64,000 nucleotides of DNA, from NCBI GenBank assembly GCA_030141605.1, contig JAQGDQ010000023.1, positions 62,001-126,000 on the forward strand, given 5' to 3'. Shown here one piece after another: positions 38,685 through 50,894 of this stretch. The translations under genes and the position numbers were made by a program. This stretch comes from Tubiluchus corallicola (taxonomy: Eukaryota > Animalia > Priapulida). Below the pieces are notes generated by a model, which worked only from the letters and a program-made list of their open reading frames with translations, searched no databases and was not told the DNA's origin. How positions within the stretch are numbered: the stretch's first letter is position 1; every line of letters starts with the position of its first letter.

Positions 38685-39347
38685 CACATCTGATGTTGTG
38701 TCCTAATCCAAGGTTTTAACTACTTGATTTCTTGGCTTATTACTCATGTCGCCATCATCATATTCTTCGCCAGAGTTCGCGCACTTGAGATAAAATCCAA
38801 AGGCTGTTAATCAATTCCAATTAAAAACCATGCCAAAGGGCCAAAAAACATTCTTGATGATATCTTGGCTTAACTACCAAATTTGAAACCGATGAAAACC
38901 CTAAACACTGATAATTGGTTGCACTCGTTTTATCAAAGATACGAGTAGGCGTAAGTACATGCTGGGGCTATGGTCACCATCATCATAGTCGTCATTGTCG
39001 TCGTCGATGTCGTCATCGCTATCATCTCGATCTTATAGTTTAGGTGCTATTTTTAACTCAAAGTGGACATTAGCGATATAATCAACGTTTTCGAACTACA
39101 GAATTCCGTGCAGGTGTAAACAGGAAATACTTTTAGGAGACCCTAGCTGTTTAAGGTGAGTGACTCTATAATAGGCGTCTGTTAACACGGTGCAAATCCC
39201 ATTTAATCCACTATGTTGCGCACATTTTGCACCAAGCGGATAAGTATCAATTATCAATTGAAATTACCCCTCCCATCCGCAGTTTTCGAATTGTTCAGCT
39301 TCAAGAACTCAAGTCTCAAAGGCCATTAAGTCTCTATTTTTTTGTTT

Positions 39348-39390
39348 TTCACAGGATCTTTCGTCCTTCACGGACTTCATCAGCTGTAAA
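39348..39390 (-). ncRNA. Minimal type I hammerhead ribozyme (Penelope/retrozyme type)
   Basis: Minus strand TTTACAG-CTGATGA-A-GTCC-GTGAA-GGAC-GAAA-GA-TC-CTGTGAA: consensus core, 4-bp stem II, 7-bp stem I, vestigial stem III, AUC triplet. Confidence 0.8.
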
Positions 39391-40486
39391 GCAGAGATAC
39401 AATAACAATACAGCTAAAAATAAAATGAAGGTACACAATGGCGATTTTGCATATGTATATGTATGTCAATATAAAAACTTTATAACTAGTTTTACCTGTA
39501 ATTTGTATCTCTACTTTATAGCTGATGGAGTCCATGAAAGATGAAAGCTCCTGTGAAAAAAATTGGAGACTTAATGGGCATCTTCACTTCTTTACGATTA
39601 TGACAATGGCAAGTCTCAGAAGAGCACTATCTTATATTCAGCTTCAAATGAATGTGAGAAATGGTGAAGAAATCTCTAGCGCCCTGCGAAAAAATTAGAA
39701 GCAATGTGACGTTGTGGGATAATGTGTCGCATGTTAACGGTGTTTTTTTGCCGCAAGATATTCAAATGGCTAATACTGTTTTCAAAAATAGGCGTACATG
39801 TTTTGCCTGCTTATTATGCTTTTCAAAAGAAAATATGTTTCGCATAGCAATTGGACAAATCTTGTACATGAAACTAAATTACTAGTCTCAAGCAGCAATA
39901 ATTGTGATGTTACTGTAGATTTGTCACGCCTACACTATTGTAACTGGTCAATAACCTACTTAGATTACGTTACCTGGTTGACACGGGGTTCATGGAACTT
40001 TGATAAAAGTGACAAAGTCATTTGTCAGCAGACAACCTGATGTCATTTCGCTTAAGCTTGCGAGTAATTTGTTAAGTGAAAGTTCAAAAATCTGATCCTT
40101 GAGTTAGACGAACATACCGAACATTCTAAAATATTCATGACACTGCCTTTTCCCACTAACGACGAATGTGACTGAACTACCTCTAGGCATACGCGTACGA
40201 GGCAGGGGGTCGGGAGGGGGCGACGGCTTGCTTTGCTTTTGTTTTGCTTTTGTAGACATTCAGTCTATATCCTACATAAGTATAATTATGTACCCGGCTG
40301 TTTTATTTGGAAATGATATAGCCTATCGCAAGTTAGAAGATTTTCAGGGCAAATTTCTTCTGCCCCCTTGTGACACTGCCTGCAGAATTTAATCTCAAGT
40401 TTTTACAAAGTGAGCCAACACAAGTAGATAATAAAACAGCTGATTTACATGACTAACAATAGTTACCTATTATAAATGTAATATAA

Positions 40487-40599
40487 TGAATGTCTGCACA
40501 GTAAATTCAACTTTAACACTCAGTAGCTTATTTGAAAATGACTTTGCACTGGTTTGTCACATCTTGTTTAACAATCTACATGTTTTAGATACAGACGGA
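40487..40599 (+). repeat. ~113-bp direct repeat, copy 2
   Basis: Matches 38570-38684 with only a handful of differences. Confidence 0.92.
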
Positions 40600-42927
40600 T
40601 GTATATATATCTGTTCTCAACTAAAATGTTTTCGTTGCACATAGTGGAAATACTTTGATATATGAATATGAGTATATGAAGGGTAGTCGAATAACCTTGA
40701 ATATGATAATTAATCGTTATGTGAGCGATGCTTGCTTTAAAGTATTTGCTAGATCATTTTATAAAACAAAATGATGCGTATGTTTCAAAGATATTGAAAA
40801 CGCAATGCACATAAAAAGTTATATCAATTACCATTACTATCTATATATTCGTCTAAAATTTTCCTTTTTTTCAGTTTTTAAAAATACGCAAAAACACATT
40901 TTTTAAAATCATTACACAATTTCTGTTCCACGGAAACTGCACGAAAGTTTACAAAAATTTTACCAACTTTTTTTAGGAAGTTTACAAGTTACAAGTTTTA
41001 AATAACTTTCTAATTATAGGGTACGATTACAGTTGCATAATCATAACTGTTTTAGCAATGTTTTGGATTTTTCATAGATAAATGAAATGAATAACTACGT
41101 AATATTACGGTAGTGTGAGTTGCTATTCCAATTCTGTTTTTATTGGCTTTCCCTTTGAAATTTTGCAGCCAAAGAATTATTATATTACGCATTTTTTATT
41201 TTTTTAGTTGTGAAATTGGAACCATGATTGGTATTGAGTTTTTGTGAATTTACTGAAATTATTTGAATTTAGTTTTGTGAGCAAAGCTTAAAGTACAGTG
41301 ATTCAACCACATTGTAGGGAAAAGGAAATGTGACAGATTTCGGGACAGAATCAATAACTAAGTTAAAAACTGAGAATGTCGAAACAAACGATGAAAACGG
41401 AAAGTAGAATTTAATTTTAACGTGACCTAAAGAACAGCTTCTAAACCAGATCGCAACTAACATTATGCCCATGATTGTACCAAGGTTCCATGACAATTCG
41501 TGATTGTTAAATAAATAAATAAAAATAAAGACAGAATTAACAACCACGATATATGTTATATAATGAGTATACAACAAGTAAAATAAAACGGGCAAGAAAA
41601 TAAGTAAGAACAAAAGGTGAAAACTTAAAATTAATGCAAAATGAAAAAAATTACGCGATTAGAAAGAACTGAGAAATCAAACAATGACAATTCAAGCATT
41701 AATTATCGGATAAATTTGCGTTAATGTGACCCAAATAGCAAATAAGTAAAACGAGCAAATATTAGTAATAAGCGTGCAAACATTCAGATAAGAAATCAAT
41801 TAAATTGTCAAAATATCAATCATTATAATCATAGTAAGAACGGTCACGAAATTTTAAAGCAATGCCAAGTCACATAAGAAGCTTGTAGCAAAGAAACAGG
41901 TAACCTGCCTTGCATGTGTGAGTGTAAATTTTATCTCACTTAAATGCGGTAAATACAAAAGTGTTATAAGGACAAGGTTATTCATAAGTCACGAAAGTAT
42001 ACATTTAAAAATATCAAAACAGTGTGATATTAAACGGAAAAGATGGCAATTATGCCAAGTATGAATGATACCTGAAATTATAACACTTGTTACACAAAAA
42101 ATTAATATTAAAATAGAAAAAGTTTTAGATGATGCGTAATATTTCTAGACGTGACAAATAAATTCAAAATTGATTAATACACACAACGTGCGGTAACTCG
42201 CGAATTAATGACGAAGTTTCAATTTTTCAATAATTGTTCTGCAACTATAAAATTTGATCAATCATTTTTTTCGCAATTTATGTATCAAATTTTCATTGGT
42301 ATTTTTATCTTTTTAAGAATTAGTCATTGTTTTAACGTGTGTAAATAAACAAATGAGCAAAAATAAAATAATTAATTAAACAAATATACAAATATTGTGA
42401 ACAAAATATAAACAACCAGCTTATGAAACAGACAAATAAATAAATAAATAGTAAATAAATAAATAATGGAATAAACAAACAAATAAATAAAGCAATAAAC
42501 AAGTGGATTAATTTATGCTTACTTTACTTATAGAAAGGTTTGACAACAGAAGTTTAACTACTCGGTCACGCACCGTTCTATGCTGGTGAATAATGAATGA
42601 CAGGAGCTCAAACGTTCAGGGAGCAGAAGGCCTTATTCTCCCACGATGCTTCACACAAACAAGAAGATTTTAACTACAGTAGTTTATATATATTTCTGTG
42701 TACTTTTAACCATAACAATTATCGGAAATTTCGGTGAGTTCATGAATTACATGAATTTTTGCTGTTGCTATTCTAAAGCAGAAGCGAATTCGTTTTTTCT
42801 ATGTTGGACGTTCTAATTCTTTTAATCTTTTAATCATAAACACGTTTTTGTTTTCCAGCTGATAGGAAGACAAGCGAAAGAACGAAAAAATTCCTAGAAA
42901 AACAAAACCCTGAAGAGCCAAAGGTAT

Positions 42928-43326
<399 letters not shown>

Positions 43327-43570
43327 ATATTCACAGCCTTTATATTGGAACGTACGAATAACCAAATAATTTAATGTACAAATAAACATTTTGTATTTAT
43401 ACAATACAAAACGTCAAACGTTCAATCGGTTATACTAACTGCCACTTTGTTGCACAACAACTGGCCTGTGCGCTGTGTTTGTATAAATTTGCCATTGTAC
43501 AACATATTTCAGCTCTTCACCTGCTGCTTTTTTCGCTTTTTTCTGGTTTATCGATCTTTTCCCTCGCAGA

Positions 43571-45446
43571 ATGTTCCCACAACGTGTGTATCTGGTTATT
43601 TTCTGGCTGGGTGGAACAGGTGCTTACTAGTAATATGCAATTGTCTACTTATACATTATTTTAAAAATATGTAATTATTATATTATGTATATGCTAGTTT
43701 ACATAGTAGTAATTGCTTATTTGTTAACAAGCTTGCTTATTTTTATTCTGTATACGTTTGACTAACTTACATAGTTTAAGCATATATGTTTTACAACCTT
43801 TGGACAAAAAAGTAGAACTGACACAAAGTCCTCTGGTTACAGAGATGGAACAAAATATAATACATGAAAAGATACTAACTGCGCATTTTGTCTGTAATCT
43901 GACTTACTTATTTCGTGCGTTAACAAGTTGGTGTGCTGCTGCAACTTCATTCTGAGCTGTACCATCAATACCCTCATTACCCTGTAAGTAAATTAATGAG
44001 CGTGGTTTATTAATTTATTTACATGGTCTAACATATTTTGATGTAACCTGTATATTTGTTTGCATGCTTGTTTGTTTGTCTGTTTGTTCGTTTGTTTGCG
44101 CACGCTCACTGTTTTCAATTTTATTTACTTATTTACCATTATCAGCCACTGAATTTTAATAAATATAACAATAAATATGTAAGTATGTATATGTAATAAT
44201 GCGGCAAATTTTGACTATTTTAGTCTAGATTCGGGTCTTACCAGTAAAAATACAAAACGAACGCAAGGAAAAATCAGACTTAATTATAATTTAATTAGTT
44301 TGATAAATAAATCAAATATTTTCTTTTCCAAAGCATTACGGCTTTTGTAAAAGTTGAGATTCCTAGTTGGACGCATTTATATTAGAGTTGTGACAGTAAC
44401 GACTTCGAAGAAAACACCTTGGGTCTGGTAGTGTGTATTATAGAAAACAACAGCATAAAAACACCAGTGATAATTTAAAATTAACACGGAAGAAATTAAA
44501 AGAAAAATCAACACGTTTTAGCAAATTTGCAAAATTGAGTAAAAACCATAATATTGTTGTTCAGGATTTGCCGTCTCCGTATCACTGCGATGAGCAATGT
44601 AAACGGAAAAGGAAAATACACGACGTTTGCAAAAACATTCCAATGAACGTCACTGAAAACAATCAACGTTACAAATCGTTTGCGTTAGTGGACGAACGTC
44701 ACAAACTTGTCTATTGCTTTGTGCCTAAAGTTGGATCAAGCAATTGGTTACGAACCTTGATAGCTGTCAACGGTCGCAATGCTAGTATGCACCCAGAAAA
44801 CGTGTCTTTCTATACTGCACACTTCAAATACAAGAATTATATTCGACGTCTGAACAGCTATCCTCAGACAGAGCAACAGAAGATTCTAGAAACGTACTTC
44901 AAGTATTTGTTTGTCAGAAATCCGTACGAAAGAGTTTTGTCAGCGTATAGATGCATGTTCATTCACGAACCAAGTATTTACGATAAAAATGTAGCAAAAT
45001 ACAGAAAAGTTCTAGCTAAATTGTACAGAGGTAAAGACTATGAGAAAGCTGCAGAAGATATTCATATCACATTTTCCGAATTTCTTGAATATCTGACTGA
45101 CCCAAGAACCAGATCTTATGATCCGTTAACTGTAGATCGTTTGTCTCAAATGGGGGCGTTGAATCCACATTGGACGCCATACTTTGAACTGTGCAATCCA
45201 TGCCTTATTGAATATGACTTTATAGGCAAGCATGAAACAATGAACAAAGATGCTGCAATGGTACTGTCAAAAGCTGGTTTACATCTTGTGAAATTTCCAA
45301 ATATTACAGAAACTCCATATGGCAGAAGTGCACAATATCTCGAGCACTTCTACAAACAAGTTGATCCTAAACTTATTGAGTCATTAGCGACTGTGTACAA
45401 TGTTGACTTTGACATGTTTAATTATGAAAAAGGTGTTTCTTTGTAA
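43571..45446 (+). CDS. Golgi carbohydrate sulfotransferase, CHST11/HNK-1ST (Sulfotransfer_2) family, ~328 aa
   Basis: Catalytic exon 44565-45446 has the 5'-PSB motif CFVPKVGSSNW, the 3'-PB motif FVRNPYERVLSAY, HWTPYFELCNPC, YDFIGKHET and DFDMFNY. Proposed small exons 43571-43619 and 43928-43983 give an in-phase type II anchor (MFPQRVYLVIFWLGGTVGVLLQL); these two exons are less certain because their splice sites are weaker. Confidence 0.9.
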
Positions 45447-46699
45447 CTAAACGCAGAAATTAATTCACTCGTTACACTAGGCCTAAGACAAGTTCGATTG
45501 CAAAATTTAATGATACGTCTAATCACTGCTATGCGAAATAATGACTGCACTGTTTCTTACTAGCGTTTTCTTTCACATTTTTGCGCAAATTCTCTCGCTA
45601 GTTATGGCAGACAAGCTCTACGTATTGCGATAACTTGCGAAAGAAAGCTCTCTACTCAGAATGTTCCGTTAGGCAGTGCTCTTCTCCGTAAGTACGAACC
45701 CAGCGTTATGACTTATGACATATTATATTATGATATGTTACATTTGCGATACATAGTTATTAGTAGTAGCTTTATCTAAAAGGAACAGGTGACAAAAGTG
45801 TGTAAAACAGTTATGTTTCTTAAATGTGCGTGAAAGACAATGAGGTAGTCCGGATTGACCAAATGACTATTAGTTATATTCGACAAAACCACGTTAATGC
45901 CGCTGAATCCGAGCCGCTGACATTGTTTGGGGCGATTAGTTTAAAGAGAAGGCCAAATTAGCATCATATATTATTTGGCAGTCTGTACGGATGTTTAAAT
46001 TTATGTGACTTCTTAGAATATATTGTTTTTAGTTTTAATGTACAGTTACTAATGCAAACTTTAACAAAACTTTGTAAACATTAAAGAAAGTTAAATTTTA
46101 AGTTATAAGCAAATACATGAAAACGATTTTAAAATATTTGCTAATACATCAAGTTACAGTTTGCTGTGTCGTAGCTAGGTTTCTATTACTCACCGCTAAC
46201 AAGGATGCTACAAACCCACAATTAATTCTATTTTGATACGAAACTTGATAGACAGGATAAATGAACAAGTTAGAATGCAGCCTGGATTTGAACCTGGGGC
46301 CTTCTGCTCAGACGTCTCAGACCACTAGGCCATCATTGGTCAAAGCAGTCTAAGTTCATCCCTTATAGATTGCTTACACTTGAAGGATTCTAACTAACTA
46401 AATTATTTTTTATTTTTGTTTTGATTCATTTTTTTATTAATGTTAGTTTTATTTTATTTTGGCTCAAAATTATTCACTGAGTATTAATTTCTTCATTTGA
46501 TTTTATTTTTGTCTCAAAATTAATAAAAAGTAATCTAATTAGTTAGAATAACTTAAGTGTGAGCGATCTAACATTGGAAATATTGAATTTAGTTAGCCAG
46601 GTATAAGTGGCGAACTTTTGGCTGCCTTAACCATTAAAGAATGCATGATTTACATAAGCAAAAGGCCCCTCGTTCAATTCCAGGCTTCGTACAGACGCT

Positions 46700-46830
46700 T
46701 TAGTCTGTTGGCATCGCGTCCACATTCCGTCAAGTAAGTCGATACTGGGGCCGGGTCATACCAAAGACTTTAAAAATGGTGTTAGCTATTGCCCTGCCTG
46801 GCGCGTAGTATTTTGCGTAAAAGTTGGGTA
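46700..46830 (+). mobile_element. tRNA-derived SINE with Meta-like central domain
   Basis: CCGGGTCATACCAAAGACTTTAAAAATGGT..TTGCCCTGCCTGGCGC resembles the MetaSINE core as I recall it; homologous copies at 54434-54572 and 56697-56830. Confidence 0.7.
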
Positions 46831-47349
46831 ATAAAAATCTCTGTTATGTAGTTGCAGTTTGTTATTTACAGTCTGTGGTAAAAGCCTCATGCCAGGCTTG
46901 CTTTTTCTGTTGAACGTAAAAAGCCAACTATAAATAAAGGTTATTTTTATTATTAATTATCCCAACTTTTTCACAGTTCCTGTTTTTCAGATTCGGAAGC
47001 AAAAATTTAATTAGTCGTGAGTTTGTAAAACCCTTTATAGTGATCCTGACATCAGGATTGTAATAATTAAAAAAGCAATTTGTCAGTAAACTGGTTTGAT
47101 ACTTTTTCATATAAAGAGAACATGTAATCAATTAAGTTGACCTGCTGTGCCAAAACGAAAATTATTTGACAGACAGTCAACTACGATTAGAACGCTTGAG
47201 ATACCCTGATGGTCTAAATAGTAATTAGAAACCATCACAAATATATCTTATGATGGAATACTATTATCAGATAAATTTTATAGAAGAAAAAGCCAACCTC
47301 TAGGAATTAACATGTTTATTGAGCGCAAACAATCATTTCGACTATTACA

Positions 47350-47690
47350 GCCGTTTTCAATACTATAAATCAAGCCAAAAAAGAATACTTAGTACACTGA
47401 CTTTGCAGCTCCTTTTTATTGTGTCTTTCATTTGTGACTGGGAAACCCAAGAAGATACACTGTTCTACAATCTCAAGCTATTCTCCATCCAGCGTCACTC
47501 ATTATCTCCACTGCATGTAGTCACCACATTTGTGTTACCTTGAGGTAGTGACCTGCTTCAGCACTCTTCCGCTTAAGTTCTTCTGGGACATCTTGTAGTC
47601 CATCCTTTGCATTTGCCATCAAGGTCGTATCAACCGCATATTCCAATCAATATTCCAACATTTCAGCCCTCCAGTATCTCACACTTGATA
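47350..47690 (-). mobile_element. Decayed RTE-like reverse transcriptase fragment
   Basis: Minus strand EYAVDTTLMANAKDGLQ (degenerate YADD) followed by an EIVEQCIFLG (YLG-like) motif; stops and frameshifts. Confidence 0.6.
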
Positions 47691-47898
47691 TTTTCTGCAT
47701 AGAAATTGTACAGGACTGAATTGTACATTTATTAACCATTGGATAGGTTAAAAAAATGGTTAAATACTGAATTAGGACCTGTCGTTATCACCGAGGCAGA
47801 ATATAGAGTACTGGTCATGGCATTCGTCTTATCAGCAAAAAATCACGGTTCAAATCCGGCTTTATCATAATTCCTTTCTTTCGGACAAGTTTGGTTTC

Positions 47899-48942
47899 AA
47901 AATTTAATACTTGTAGTTTCATTTATTATCAATAATCTTGTAACTAAGTTTATACTTGTGGTTTCATTTATTAACAATAATCTTGTAACTAAGTTTATAC
48001 TTGTGGTTTCATTTATTAACAATGAACTTGTAACTAAGTTTATACTTGTGGTTTCATTTATTAACAATGAACTTGTAACTAAGTTTATACTTGTGGTTTC
48101 ATTTATTAACAATGAACTTGTAACTAAGTTTATACTTGTGGTTTCATTTGTTAACAATAATCTTGTAACTAAGTTTATACTTGTGGTTTCATTTATTAAC
48201 AATGAACTTGTAACTAAGTTTATACTTGTGGTTTCATTTATTAACAATAATCTTGTAACTAAGTTTATACTTGTGGTTTCATTCATTAACAATAATCTTG
48301 TAACTAAGTTTATACTTGTAGTTTCATTTATTATCAATAATCTTGTAACTAAGTTTATACTTGTGGTTTCATTTATTAACAATAATCTTGTAACTAAGTT
48401 TATACTTGTGGTTTCATTTATTATCAATAATCTTGTAACTAAGTTTATACTTGTAGTTTCATTTATTAACAATAATCTTGTAACTAAGTTTATACTTGTG
48501 GTTTCATTTATTAACAATAATCTTGTAACTAAGTTTGTACTTGTGGTTTCATTTATTAACAATGAACTTGTAACTAAGTTTATACTTGTGGTTTCATTTA
48601 TTAACAATAATCTTGTAACTAAGTTTATACTTGTGGTTTCATTTATTAACAATGAACTTGTAACTAAGTTTATACTTGTGGTTTCATTTATTATCAATAA
48701 TCTTGTAACTAAGTTTATACTCGTAGTTTCATTTATTGACAATAATCTTGTAACTAAGTTTATACTCGTGGTTTCATTTATTAACAATAATCTTGTAACT
48801 AAGTTTATACTTGTGGTTTCATTTATTAACAATAATCTTGTAACTAAGTTTATACTTGTGGTTTCATTTATTATCAATAATCTTGTAATTAAGTTTATAC
48901 TTGTGGTTTCATTCATTAACAATAATCTTGTAACTAAGTTTA
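47899..48942. repeat. 45-bp AT-rich minisatellite, ~23 copies
   Basis: Unit AAGTTTATACTTGTGGTTTCATTTATTAACAATAATCTTGTAACT with a few recurring variants; contiguous, no spacers. Confidence 0.97.
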
Positions 48943-50894
48943 TTTATAATAATAACAATCGTGACTAAGATTCTTAATGAGTGTAAAGGGTTTCTCAGAT
49001 TTGTATTGTGTCACTGTCAAAGCTATTATCTGTTAGATTATCATACTTGTGTTATTGTTTAATTAATAATGAAAATAATTAGGTTTATTCGGAAATAAGT
49101 TTAATGCTTGGTTTTTGCTTTTTCATACTTTCTGGAATTTAGCTGTCTCTCTGCGAAAATAAAAAAATTCACAGACTCTTTATGACAAATCCTTGCGTTT
49201 TTTAATATTAATACTTGCTTACTGTTTGACAACGTCATGGAACACTCAGAATATGATAATTAGGACATTATCCACTTTTAATTTATATTAACTTGCAAAT
49301 GCAGAGTGCACAGAACTCGCACAGTAGACACCTGAAGTACGGATCTTGAAAGTGGGAGAAGGACACCGAACAGCAGCTAGTTTTTCGATTGCAGTTCGTC
49401 TCCTAGTTGTCTTTCGCAATTCAATTCAAAGTTTTTTCATAAGTATTTAAATGCTAGAGTTTTTTAAAGAGGCCCGAGATAAGAGCCAAAATGCATAACA
49501 TTGAATATCTCTAAAACTATAGTAACTCGAGTAACAAAATTTGCAAGATAGACATTTGCATGTACATCTGGACTAGGGACTGAGACAAAGGTGTAGATAA
49601 AAGTAAAAAATAAAAAAACATCTGTTTACAGATCCGAGAAAGAAACCAAAATATGAAAATTAGCGCAACGGCTTTGTCCGTCAAGTCGTAACATTAAATA
49701 ACTCCAAAGTTACAGTATGCAGAGTCACGAAATTTCAAAATAGTCACCGGCATCGTGCATACTGGTTAACCACGCTTGAGCGTAATAATCTACAAGTACT
49801 CACATAAGTTAACCATACTCGACCAGGTATAGTCAGATACAAGCAGGGTCATGGCGTTACGATCGCCGATTTGGGTCTAAATTCGTTTAATCTTTTGTTG
49901 TAAATTCCAGTGAAAGTACGATCACGCTTATTCGACTCTTTATGGTGTAATACTGGTTTGCTTATTAATATTTGTTACTGCATTGCTTCTCCCGAACTGG
50001 AGTACAGTGCACTTGCCGTCAAAATACAGTAAAGCGCCATTAATTTATTAGACCTTGCTCTGCATTGTTTGTTGAAAGCTTGGAAGCTCAATCTAGCTTT
50101 TTTTACTCTAAAGATTATTTTGCGCAGTTATGATTTTATTTTGGAATCAACAATTATCCGCTAAAAGAATAATAAGAATTGAACCAACGAATAATGGAAT
50201 CAGAAAGAGATTATTCATTACATTTGGAAGAGAACTCACTCAGCTTCTCCCACGCATTTAATATGCTTATGAACGCGTGTCTGACAACTCCAATCATGAT
50301 AAATACGTGAATTAAGAAATCAATGTAAATGTAAACTATGAGTTGAACTCTGTATTAATTAAGAGAAGTTTGGCCCACATTGATTTGTACTTCCGAGACA
50401 GGTGTAATTCTGTAAATAAGTTGAGGATAATTCGAAACTCATTAGTAACGTCCGCCAATTGTCGCAATTCTGTAAACACACTATCTGTTAGCCGAATAGG
50501 GCACGGAACATTCTTACACTGAAACGGCTTATTGCGGAGCCGTGTTAGAAAACTACATAGGTAAAGATCTACCTCATAGCGCGTATTTCGTGGTTTGAGG
50601 TCGCTCTGTATTTAGCAATGCCATTCCGACCCAGCATAGGCTCTCGTAGTCGGCGATTAATTATTTGATTAATTACCTAATTAGCAGCCAGTATTACCAT
50701 TGTATAACACATTACGAAAATTACGTTCTTGCTTTATTTGCAGCCGCGATGAAACATACGAAAGCAAATCTACTAAAAACAGGATAGAAACGACTCCGAC
50801 ATGTTAAAAGATATGCTCATTTTTAAGAGAATAGTAAGAAGCTGATTATAGTCCTTCATTAAAGATTTCTATCGACGAATGAGTCAAATAAGTA

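Noticed and set aside
39102-39700. Chain of + strand splice-like sites forming a short spliced ORF
   Set aside because: The translation has no recognisable homology, and the apparent acceptor at ~39355 is the complement of the hammerhead stem.
44433-44564. N-terminal part of the 337-aa sulfotransferase ORF
   Set aside because: GTG start, AT/Lys-rich, no TM anchor; better explained as intron ending at the acceptor AG at 44563-44564.
47899-48942. 45-bp repeat as a CRISPR array, or the 341/336-aa ORFs as genes
   Set aside because: No spacers; the ORFs arise because the unit length is a multiple of 3; no unique coding flanks or evident splice partners.
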